From: the human T2T-CHM13v2.0 reference genome, Homo sapiens
Reading direction: 5' to 3' (one strand)
NCBI RefSeq assembly: GCF_009914755.1
Contig: NC_060925.1
DNA: 64,000 bases
In this document: positions 25,001-37,285 of the stretch, one piece after another
How the letters are laid out: every line of letters begins with the position of its first letter
Position numbering within the stretch: the first letter of the stretch is position 1
Made by a program: the position numbers and the translations under genes
Notes under the pieces: generated by a model
Seen by the model: only the letters and a program-made list of their open reading frames with translations
Told to the model about the DNA's origin: nothing
Databases searched by the model: none

Positions 25001-28000
25001 TGTTTGTAAAGTCTGCAAGTGGATATTCAGACCTCTTTGAGGCCTTCGTTGGAAACGGGATTTCTTCATATTCTGCTAGACAGAAGAATTCTCAGTAACT
25101 TCCTTGTGTTGTGTGTATTCTACTCACAGAGTTGAACGATCCTTTACACAGAGCAGACTTGAAACACTCTTTTTGTGGAATTTGCAAGTGGAGATTTCAG
25201 CCGCTTTGAGGTCAATAGTAGAAAAGGAAATATCTTCGTAGAAAAACTAGACAGAATGATTCTCAGAAACTCCTTTGTGATGTGTGTGTTCAACTCACAG
25301 AGTTTAACCTTTCTTTTCATAGAGCAGTTAGTAAACACTCTGTTTATAAAGTCTGCAAGTGGATATTCAGACCCCTTTGAGGCCTTCGTTGGAAACGGGA
25401 TTTCTTCATATTATGCTAGACAGAAGAATTCTCAGTAACTTCCTTGTGTTGTGTGTATTCAACTGACAGAGTTGAACTTTCATTTAGAGAGAGCAGATTT
25501 GAAACACTGTTTTTGTGGAATTTGCAAGTGGAGATTTCAAGCGCTTTGGGGCCAAAGGCAGAAAAGGAAATATCTTCGTATAAAAACTAGACAGAATCAT
25601 TCTCAGAATCTGCTGCGTGATGTGTGCGTTCAACTCTCAGAGTTTAACTTTTCTTTTCATTCAGCGGTTTGGAAACACTCTGTTTGTAAAGTCTGCACGT
25701 GGATATTTTGACCACTTAGAGGCCTTCGTTGGAAACGGGTTTTTTTCATGTAAGGCTAGACAGAAGAATTCCCAGTAACTTCCTTGTGTTGTGTGCATTC
25801 AACTCACAGAGTTGAACGTTCCCTTAGACAGAGCAGATTTGAAACACTCTATTTGTGCAATTTGCAAGTGTAGATTTCAAGCGCTTTAAGGTCAATGGCA
25901 GAAAAGGAAATATCTTCGTTTCAAAACTAGACAGAATCATTCCCACAAACTGCGTTGTGATGTGTTCGTTCAACTCACAGAGTTTAACCTTTCTGTTCAT
26001 AGAGCAGTTAGGAAACACTCTGTTTCTAAAGTCTGCAAGTGGATATTCAGACCTCCTTGAGGCCTTCGTTGGAAACGGGATTTCTTCATATTCTGCTAGA
26101 CAGAAGAATTCTCAGTAACTTCCTTGTGTTGTGTGTATTCAACTCACAGAGTTGAACGATCCTTTACAGAGAGCAGACTTGAAACACTCTTTTTGTGGAA
26201 TTTGCAAGTGGAGATTTCAGCCGCTTTGGGGTCAATGGTAGAATAGGAAATATCTTCCTATAGAAACTAGACAGAATCATTCTCATAAACTCCTTTGTGA
26301 TGTGTGCGTTCAACTCACAGAGTTTAACTTTTCTTTTCATAGAGCAGTTAGGAAACACTCTGTTTGTAAAGTCTGCAAGTGGATATTCAGACCTCTTTGA
26401 GGCCTTCGTTGGAAACGGGATTTCTTCATATTATGCTAGACAGAATAATTCTCAGTAACTTCCTTGTTTTGTGTGTATTCAACTCACAGAGTTGAACGAT
26501 CCTTTACAGAGAGCAGACTTGAAACACTCTTTTTGTGGAATTTGCAAGTGGAGATTTCAGCCGCTTTGAGGTCTATGGTAGAAAAGGAAATATCTTCGTA
26601 TAAAGACTAGACAGAATGATTCTCAGAAACTCCTTTGTGATGTGTGCGTTCAACTCACAGAGTTTAACCTTTCTTTTCATAGAGCAGTTATTAAACACTC
26701 TGTTTGTAAAGTCTGCAAGTGGATATTCAGACCTCCTTGAGGCCTTCGTTGGAAACGGGATTTCTTCATATTCTGCTAGACAGAAGAATTCTCAGTAACT
26801 TCCTTGTGTTGTGTGTATTCAACTCACAGAGTTGAACGATGCTTTACACAGAGCAGACTTTAAACACTCTTTTTGTGGAATTTGCAAGTGGAGATTTCAG
26901 CCGCTTTGAGGTCAATGGTAGAAAAGGAAATATCTTCGAACAAAGACTTGACAGAATGATTCTCAGAAACTCCTTTGTGATGTGTGCGTTCAACTCACAG
27001 AGTTTAACTTTTCTTTTCATAGAGCAGTTAGGAAACACTCTGTTTGTAAAGTCTGCAAGTGTATATTCAGATCTCTTTGAGGCCTTCGTTGGAAACGGGA
27101 TTTCTTCATATTATGCTAGACAGAATAATTCTCAGTAACTTCCTTGTGTTGTGTGTATTCAACTCACAGAGTTGAACGATCCTTTACAGAGAGCAGACTT
27201 GAAACACTCTTTTTGTGGAATTTGCAAGTGAAGATTTCAGCCGCTTTGAGGTCAATGGTAGAATAGGAAATATCTTCCTATAGAAACTAGACAGAATGAT
27301 TCTCAGAAACTATTTTGTGATGTGTGCGTTCAACTCACAGAGTTTAACTTTTCTTTTCATAGACCAGTTAGGAAACACTCTGTTTGTAAAGTCTGCAAGT
27401 GGATATTCAGACCTCTTTGAGGCCTTCGTTGGAAACGGGATTTCTTCATATTCTGCTAGACAGAAGAATTCTCAGTAACTCCCTTGTGTTGTGTGTATTC
27501 AACTCACAGAGTTGAACGATCCTTTACACAGAGCAGACTTGAAACACTCTTTTTGTGGAATTTGCAAGTGGAGATTTCAGCCGCTTTGAGGTCAATAGTA
27601 GAAAAGGAAATATCTTCGTAGAAAAACTAGACAGAATGATTCTCAGAAACTCCTTTGTGATGTGTGTGTTCAACTCACAGAGTTTAACCTTTCTTTTCAT
27701 AGAGCAGTTAGTAAACACTCTGTTTATAAAGTCTGCAAGTGGATATTCAGACCCCTTTGAGGCCTTCGTTGGAAACGGGATTTCTTCATATTATGCTCGA
27801 CAGAAGAATTCTCAGTAACTTCCTTGTGTTGTGTGTATTCAACTGACAGAGTTGAACTTTCATTTAGAGAGAGCAGATTTGAAACACTGTTTTTGTGGAA
27901 TTTGCAAGTGGAGATTTCAAGCGCTTTGGGGCCAAAGGCAGAAAAGGAAATATCTTCGTATAAAAACTAGACAGAATCATTCTCAGAAACTGCTGCGTGA

Positions 28001-28536
28001 TGTGTGCGTTCAACTCTCAGAGTTTAACTTTTCTTTTCATTCAGCGGTTTGGAAACACTCTGTTTGTAAAGTCTGCACGTGGATATTTTGACCACTTAGA
28101 GGCCTTCGTTGGAAACGGGTTTTTTGAATGTAAGGCTAGACAGAAGAATTCCCAGTAACTTCTTTGTGTTGTGTACATTCAACTCACAGAGTTGAACGTT
28201 CCCTTAGAGCAGATTTGAAACACTCTATTTGTGCAATTTGCAAGTGTAGATTTCAAGCGCTTTAAGGTCAATGGCAGAAAAGGATATATCTTCGTTTCAA
28301 AACTAGACAGAATCATTCCCACAAAACTGCGTTGTGATGTGTTCGTTCAACTCACAGAGTTTAACCTTTCTGTTCATAGAGCAGTTAGGAAACACTCTGT
28401 TTGTAAAGTCTGTAAGTGGATATTCTGACATCTTGTGGCCTTCGTTGGAAACGGGATTTCTTCATATTCTGCTAGACAGAAGAATTCTCAGTAACTTCCT
28501 TGTGTTGTGTGTATTCAACTCACAGAGTTGAACGAT
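22041..28536 (+). repeat. ~6.5 kb duplicated block, copy 2
   Basis: Constant 7816-bp offset (23 dimers) from 14225-20720. Confidence 0.92.
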
Positions 28537-30799
28537 CCTTTACACAGAGCAGACTTGAAACACTCTTTTTGTGGAATTTGCAAGTGGAGATTTCAGCCGC
28601 TTTGAGGTCAATGGTAGAAAAGGAAATATCTTCGTATAAAGACTAGACAGAATGATTCCCAGAAACTCCTTTGTGATGTGTGCGTTCAAATCACAGAGTT
28701 TAACCTTTCTGTTCATAGAGCAGTTAGGAAACACTCTGTTTGTAAAGTCTGCCAGTGGATATTCAGACCTCCTTGATTCCTTCGTTGGAAATGGGATTTC
28801 TTCATATTCTGCTAGACAGAAGAATTCTCAGTAACTTCCTTGTGTTGTGTGTATTCAACTCACAGAGTTGAACGATCCTTTACAGAGAGCAGACTTGAAA
28901 CACTCTTTTTGTGGAATTTGCAAGTGGAGATTTCAGCCGCTTTGAGGTCAACGGTAGAATAGGAAATATCTTCCTATTGAAACTAGACAGAATGATTCTC
29001 ATAAACTCCTTTGTGATGTGTGCGTTCAACTCACAGAGTTTAACCTTTCTTTTCATAGAGCAGTTAGGAAACACTTTTTTTGTAAAGTCTGCAAGTGGAT
29101 ATTCAGACCTCCTTGAGGCCTTCTTTGGAAACGGGATTTCTTCATATTCTGATAGACAGAAGAATTCTCAGTAACTTTCTTGTGTTGTGTGTATTCAACT
29201 CACAGAGTTGAACGATCCTTTACACAGAGCAGACTTGAAACACTCTTTTTGTGGAATTTGCAAGTGGAGATTTCAGCCGCTTTGAGGTCAATGGTAGAAA
29301 AGGAAACTATCTTCCTATAAAGACTAGACAGAATGATTCTCAGAAAATCCTTTGTGATGTGTGCGTTCAAATCACAGAGTTTAACCTTTCTTTTCATAGA
29401 GCAGTTAGGAAACACTCTGTTTGTAAAGTCTGCAAGTGGATATTCAGACCTCCTTGAGGCCTTCATTGGAAACGGGATTTCCTCATATTCTGCTAGACAG
29501 AAGATTTCTCAGTAACTTCCTTGTGTTGTGTGTATTCAACTCACAGAGTTGAACGATCCTTTACCCAGAGCAGAGTTGAAACACTCTTTTTGTGGAATTT
29601 GCAAGTGGAGATTTCAGCCGCTTTGAGGTCAATGGTAGAAAAGGAAATATCTTCGTATAAAGACTAGACAGAATGATTCTCAGAAACTCCTTTGTGATGT
29701 CTGCGTTCAACTCACAGAGTTTAACTTTTCTTTTCATAGAGCAGTTAGTAAACACTCTGTTTATAAAGTCTGCAAGTGGATATTCAGACCCCTCTGAGGA
29801 CTTCGTTGGAAACGGGATTTCTTCATATTATGCTAGACAGAAGAATTCTCAGTAACTTCCTTGTGTTGTGTGTATTCAACTGTCAGAGTTGAACTTTCAT
29901 TTAGAGAGAGCAGATTTGAAACACTGTTTTTGTGGAATTTGCAAGTGGAGATTTCAAGCGCTTTGGGGCCAAAGGCAGAAAAGGAAATATCTTCGTATAA
30001 AAACTAGACAGAATCATTCTCAGAAACTGCTGCATGATGTGTGCGTTCAACTCTCAGAGTTTAACTTTTCTTTTCATTCAGCGGTTTGGAAACACTCTGT
30101 TTGTAAAGTCTGCACGTGGATATTTTGACCACTTAGAGGCCTTCGTTGGAAACGGGTTTTTTGCATGTAAGGCTAGACAGAAGAATACCTAGTAACTTCC
30201 TTGTGTTGTGTGCATTCAACTCACAGAGTTGAACGATCCTTTACAGAGAGCAGGCTTGAAACACTCTTTTTGTGGAATTTGCAAGTGGAGATTTCAGCCG
30301 CTTTGAGGTCAATGGTAGAATAGGAAATATCTTCCTATTGAAACTAGACAGAATGATTCTCATAAACTCCTTTGTGATGTGTGCGTTCAACTCACAGAGT
30401 TTAACCTTTCTTTTCATAGAGCAGTTAGGAAACACTCTGTTTGTAAAGTCTGCAAGTGGATATTCAGACCTCCTTGAGGCCTTCTTTGGAAACGGGATTT
30501 CTTCATATTCTGATAGACAGAAGAATTCTCAGTAACTTTCTTGTGTTGTGTGTATTCAACTCACAGAGTTGAACGATCCTTTACACAGAGCAGACTTGAA
30601 ACACTCTTTTTGTGGAATTTGCAAGTGGAGATTTCAAGCGCTTTGGGGCTAAAGGCAGAAAAGGAAATATCTTCGTATAAAAACTAGACAGAATCATTCT
30701 CAGAAACTGCTGCGTGATGTGTGCGTTCAACTCTCAGAGTTTAACTTTTCTTTTCATTCAGCGGTTTGGAAACACTCTGTTTGTAAAGTCTGCACGTGG

Positions 30800-33700
30800 A
30801 TATTTTGACCACTTAGAGGCCTTCGTTGGAAACGGGTTTTTTGCATGTAAGGCTAGACAGAAGAATTCCCAGTAACTTCCTTGTGTTGTGTGCATTCAAC
30901 TCACAGAGTTGAACGTTCCCTTAGAGAGAGCAGATTTGAAACACTCTATTTGTGCAATTTGCAAGTGTAGATTTCAAGCGCTTTAAGGTCAATGGCAGAA
31001 AAGGAAATATCTTCGTTTCAAAACTAGACAGAATCATTCCCACAAACTGCGTTGTGATGTGTTCGTTCAACTCACAGAGTTTAACCTTTCTGTTCATAGA
31101 GCAGTTAGGAAACACTCTGTTTGTAAAGTCTGTAAGTGGATATTCTGACATCTTATGGCCTTCGTTGGAAACGGGATTTCTTCATATTCTGCTAGACAGA
31201 AGAATTCTCAGTAACTTCCTTGTGTTGTGTGTATTCAACTCACAGAGTTGAACGATCCTTTACACAGAGCAGACTTGAAACACTCTTTTTGTGGAATTTG
31301 CAAGTGGAGATTTCAGCCGCTTTGAGGTCAATGGTAGAAAAGGAAATATCTTCGTATAAAGACTAGACAGAATGATTCTCAGAAACTCCTTTGTGATGTG
31401 TGCGATCAACTCACAGAGTTTAACCTTTCTTTTCATAGAGCAGTTAGGAAACACTCTGTTTGTAAAGTCTGCAAGTGGATATTCAGACCTCCTTGAGGCC
31501 TTCTTTGGAAACGGGATTTCTTCATATTCTGCTAGACAGAAGAATTCTCAGTAATTTCCTTGTGTTGTGTGTATTCAACTCACAGAGTTGAACGATCCTT
31601 TACACAGAGCAGACTTGAAACACTCTTTTTGTGGAATTTGCAAGTGGAGATTTCAGCCGCTTTGAGGTCAATGGTAGAAAAGGAAATATCTTCGTATAAA
31701 GACTAGACAGAAAGATTCTCAGAAACTCCTTTGTGATGTGTGCGTTCAACTCACAGAGTTTAAATTTTCTTTTCATAGAGCAGTTAGGAAACACTCTGGA
31801 AACGGGATTTCTTCATATTATGCTATACAGAATAATTCTCAGTAACTTCCTTGTGTTGTGTGTATTCAACTCACAGAGTTGTACGATCCTTTACACAGAG
31901 CAGACTTGAAACACTCTTTTTGTGTAATTTGCAAGTGGAGATTTCAGCCGCTTTGAGGTCAATGGTAGAAAAGGAAACTATCTTCGTATAAAGACTAGAC
32001 AGAATGATTCTCAGAAAATCCTTTGTGATGTGTGCGTTCAACTCACAGAGTTTAACTTTTCTTTTCATATAGCAGTTAGGAAACACTTTGTTTGTAAAGT
32101 CTGCAAGTGGATATTCAGACCTCTTTGAGGCCTTCGTTGGAAACGGGATTTCTTCATATTCTGCTAGACAGAAGAATTCTCAGTAACTTCCTTGTGTTGT
32201 GTGTATTCAACTCACAGAGTTGAACGATCCTTTACACAGAGCAGACTTGAAACACTCTTTTTGTGGAATTTGCAAGTGGAGATTTCAGCCGCTTTGAGGT
32301 CAATTGTAGAAAAGGAAATATCTTCGTATAAAGACTAGACAGAATGATTCTCAGAAACTCCTTTGTGATGTGTGCGTTCAACTCACAGAGTTTAACTTTT
32401 CTTTTCATAGAGCAGTTAGGAAACACTCTGTAATGTCTGCAAGTGGATATTCAGACCTCTTTGAGGCCTTCGTTGGAAACGGGATTTCTTCATATTATGC
32501 TAGACAGAATAATTCTCAGTAACTTCCTTGTGTTGTGTGCATTCAACTCACAGAGTTGAACGATCCTTTACAGAGAGCAGACTTGAAACACTCTTTTTGT
32601 GGAATTTGCAAGTGGAGATTTCAGCCGCTTTGAGGTCAATTGTAGAATAGGAAATATCTTCCTACAGAAACTAGACAGAATGATTCTCATAAACTCCTTT
32701 GTGATGTGTGCGTTCAACTCACAGAGTTTAACCTTTCTTTTCATAGAGCAGTTAGGAAACACTCTGTTTGTAAAGTCTGCAAGTGGATATTCAGACCTCT
32801 TTGAGGCCTTCGTTGAAAACGGGATTTCTTCATATTCTGCTAGACAGAAGAATTCTCAGTAACTTCCTTGTGTTGTGTGTATTCAACTGACAGAGTTGAA
32901 CTTTCATTTAGATAAAGCAGATTTGAAACACTGTTTTTGTGGAATTTGCAGGTGGAGATTTCAAGCGCTTTGGGGCCAAAGGCAGAAAAGGAAATATCTT
33001 CGTATAAAAACTAGACAGAATCATTCTCAGAAACTGCTGCGTGATGTGTGCGTTCAACTCTCAGAGTTTAACTTTTCTTTTCATTCAGCGGTTTGGAAAC
33101 ACTCTGTTTGTAAAGTCTGCACGTGGATATTTTGACCACTTAGAGGCCTTCGTTGGAAACGGGTTTTTTTCATGTAAGGCTAGACTGAAGAATTCCCAGT
33201 AACTTCCTTGTGTTGTGTGCATTCAACTCACAGAGTTGAACGTTCCCTTAGACAGAGCAGATTTGAAACACTCTATTTGTGCAATTTGCAAGTGTAGATT
33301 TCAAGCGCTTTAAGGTCAATGGCAGAAAAGGAAATATCTTCGTTTCAAAACTAGACAGAATCATTCCCACAAACTGCGTTGTGATGTGTTCGTTCAACTC
33401 ACAGAGTTTAACCTTTCTGTTCATAGAGCAGTTAGGAAACACTCTGTTTTTAAAGTCTGTAAGTGGATATTCTGACCTCCTTGAGGGCTTCGTTGGAAAC
33501 GGGATTTCTTCATATTCTGCTAGACAGAAGAATTCTCAGTAACTTCCTTGTGTTGTGTGTATTCAACTCACAGAGTTGAACGATCCTTTACACAGAGCAG
33601 ACTTGAAACACTCTTTTTGTGGAATTTGAAGTGGAGAATTCAGCCGCTTTGAGGTCAATGGTAGAAAAGGAAACTATCTTCGTATAAAGACTAGACAGAA

Positions 33701-36280
33701 TGATTCTCAGAAAATCCTTTGTGATGTGTGCGTTCAACACACAGAGTTTAACTTTTCTTTTCTTAGAGCAGTTAGGAAACAGTCTGTTTGTAAAGTCTGC
33801 AAGTGGATATTCAGACCTCTTTGAGGCCTTCGTTGGAAACGGGATTTCTTCATATTATGCTAGACAGAATAATTCTCAGTAACTTCCTTGTGTTGTGTGT
33901 ATTCAACTCACAGAGTTGAACGATCCTTTACAGAGAGCAGACTTGAAACACTCTTTTTGTGGAATTTGCAAGTGGAGATTTCAGCCGCTTTGTGGTCAAT
34001 GGTAGAATAGGAAATATCTTCCTATAGAAACTAGACAGAATGATTCTCAGAAACTCCTTTGTGATGTGTGCGTTCAACTCACAGAGTTTAACCTTTCTTT
34101 TCATAGAGCAGTTAGGAAACACTCTGTTTGTAAAGTCTGCAAGTGGATATTGAGACCTCTTTGAGGCCTTCGTTGGAAACGGGATTTCTACATATTCTGC
34201 TAGACAGAAGAATTCTCAGTAACTTCCTTGTGTTGTGTGTATTCAACTCACAGAGTTGAACGATCCTTTACACAGAGCAGACTTGAAACACTCTTTTTGT
34301 AGAATTTGCAAGTGGAGATTTCAGCCGCTTTGAGGTCAATAGTAGAAAAGGAAATATCTTCGTAGAAAAACTAGACAGAATGATTCTCAGAAACTCCTTT
34401 GTGATGTGTGTGTTCAACTCACAGAGTTTAACCTTTCTTTTCATAGAGCAGTTAGTAAACACTCTGTTTATAAAGTCTGCAAGTGGATATTCAGACCCCT
34501 TTGAGGCCTTCGTTGGAAACGGGATTTCTTCATATTATGCTAGACAGAAGAATTCTCAGTAACTTCCTTGTGTTGTGTGTATTCAACTGACAGAGTTGAA
34601 CTTTCATTTAGAGAGAGCAGATTTGAAACACTGTTTTTGTGGAATTTGCAAGTGGAGATTTCAAGCGCTTTGGGGCCAAAGGCAGAAAAGGAAATATCTT
34701 CGTATAAAAACTAGACAGAATCATTCTCAGAAACTGCTGCGTGATGTGTGCGTTCAACTCTCAGAGTTTAACTTTTCTTTTCATTCAGCGGTTTGGAAAC
34801 ACTCTGTTTGTAAAGTCTGCACGTGGAAATTTTGACCACTTAGAGGCCTTCGTTGGAAACGGGTTTTTTTTATTTAAGGCTAGACAGAAGAATTCCCAGT
34901 AACTTCCTTGTGTTGTGTGCATTCAACTCACAGAGTTGAACGTTCCCTTAGACAGAGCAGATTTGAAACACTCTATTTGTGCAATTTGCAAGTGTAGATT
35001 TCAAGCGCTTTAAGGTCAACGGCAGAAAAGGAAATATCTTCGTTTCAAAACTAGACAGAATCGTTCCCACAAACTGCGTTGTGATGTGTTCGTTCAACTC
35101 ACAGAGTTTAACCTTTCTGTTCATAGAGCAGTTAGGAAACACTCTGTTTGTAAAGTCTGTAAGTGGATATTCTGACATCTTGTGGCCTTCGTTGGAAACG
35201 GGATTTCTTCCTATTCTGCTAGACAGAAGAATTCTCAGTAACTTCCTTGTGTTGTGTGTATTCAACTCACAGAGTTGAACGATCCTTTACACAGAGCAGA
35301 CTTGAAACACTCTTTTTGTGGAATTTGCAAGTGGAGATTTCAGCCGCTTTGAGGTCAATGGTAGAAAAGGAAACTATCTTCATATAAAGACTAGACAGAA
35401 TGATTCTCAGAAAATCTTTTGTGATGTGTGCGTTCAACTCACAGAGTTTAACTTTTCTTCTCATAGAGCAGTTAGGAAACACTCTGTTTGTAAAGTCTGC
35501 AAGTGGATATTCAGACCTCTTTGAGGCCTTCGTTGGAAACGGGATTTCTTCATATTATGCTAGACAGAATAATTCTCAGTAACTTCCTTGTGTTGTGTGT
35601 ATTCAACTCACAGAGTTGAAGGATCCTTTACAGAGAGCAGGCTTGAAACACTCTTTTTGTCGAATTTGCAAGTGGATATTTCAGCCGCTTTGAGGTCAAT
35701 GGTAGAATAGGAAATATCTTCTTATAGAAACTAGACAGAATGATTCTCATGAACTCCTTTGTGATGTGTGCGTTCAACTCACAGAGTTTAACCTTTCTTT
35801 TCATAGAGCAGTTAGGAAACACTCTGTTTGTAAAGTCTGCAAGTGGATATTCAGACCTCCTTGAGGCCTTCGTTGGAAACGGGATTTCTTCATATTCTGC
35901 TAGACAGAAGAATTCTCAGTAACTTCCTTGTGTTGTGTTTATTCAACTCACAGAGTTGAATGATCCTTTACACAGAGCAGACTTGAAACACTCTTTTTGT
36001 GGAAATTGCAAGTGGAGATTTCAGCCGCTTTGAGGTCAACGGTAGAAAAGTAAATATCTTCGTATAAAGACTAGACAGAATGATTCTCAGAAACTCCTTT
36101 GTGATGTGTGTGTTCAACTCACAGAGTTTAAACTTTCTGTTCATAGAGCAGTTAGGAAACACTCTGTTTGTAAAGTCTGCAAGTGGATATTCAGACCTTC
36201 TTGAGGCCTTCGTTGGAAACGGGATTTCTTCATATTCTGCTAGACAGAAGAATTCTCAGTAACTTCCTTGTGTTGTGTGT
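30800..36280 (+). repeat. ~5.4 kb duplicated block, copy 2
   Basis: Constant 22381-bp offset from 8420-13900 in diagnostic variants and in the ORF track. Confidence 0.9.
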
Positions 36281-36604
36281 ATTCAACTCACAGAGTTGAA
36301 CGATCCTTTACACAGAGCAGAGTTGAAACACTCTTTTTGTGGAATTTGCAAGTGGAGATTTCAGCCGCTTTGAGCTCAATGGTAGAATAGGAAATATCTT
36401 CCTATAGAAAATAGACAGAATGATTCTCATAAACTCCTTTGTGATGTGTGCGTTCAACTCACAGAGTTTAACCTTTCTTTTCATAGAGCAGTTAGGAAAC
36501 ACTCTGTTTGTAAAGTATGCAAGTGGATATTCAGACCTGCTTGAGGCCTTCGTTGGAAACGGGATTTCTTCATATTATGCTAGACAGAATAATTCTCAGT
36601 AACT

Positions 36605-37285
36605 TCCTTGTGTTGTGTGTATTCAACTCACAGAGTTGAACGACGCTTTACAGAGAGCAGACTTGAAACACTCTTTTTGTGGAATTTGCAAGTGGAGATT
36701 TCAGCCGCTTGAGGTCAATGGTAGAACAGGAAACTATCTTCGTATAAAGACTAGACAGAATGATTCTCAGAAAATCCTTTGTGATGTGTGCGTTCAACTC
36801 ACAGAGTTTAACATTTCTTTTCATAGAGCAGTTAGGAAACACTCTGTTTGTAAAGTCTGCAAGTGGATATTCAGACCTCTTTGAGGCCTTCGTTGGAAAC
36901 GGGATTTCTTCATATTATGCTAGACAGAATAATTCTCAGTAACTTCCTTGTGTTGTGTGTATTCAACTCACAGAGTTGAACGACGCTTTACAGAGAGCAG
37001 ACTTGAAACACTCTTTTTGTGGAATTTGCAAGTGGAGATTTCAGCCGCTTGAGGTCAATGGTAGAAAAGGAAACTATCTTCGTATAAAGACTAGACAGAA
37101 TGATTCTCAGAAAATCCTTTGTGATGTGTGCGTTCAACTCACAGAGTTTAACATTTCTTTTCATAGAGCAGTTAGGAAACACTCTGTTTGTAAAGTCTGC
37201 AAGTGGATATTCAGACCTCTTTGAGGCCTTCGTTGGAAACGGGATTTCTTCATATTCTGCTAGACAGAAGAATTCTCAGTAACTT
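36605..37285 (+). repeat. Tandem duplication of a single 340-bp dimer
   Basis: Two adjacent dimers share CGACGCTTTA, the 1-bp deletion GCCGCTTGAGG, GGAAACTATC and AACATTTC (ORFs 36615 and 36955). Confidence 0.85.
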
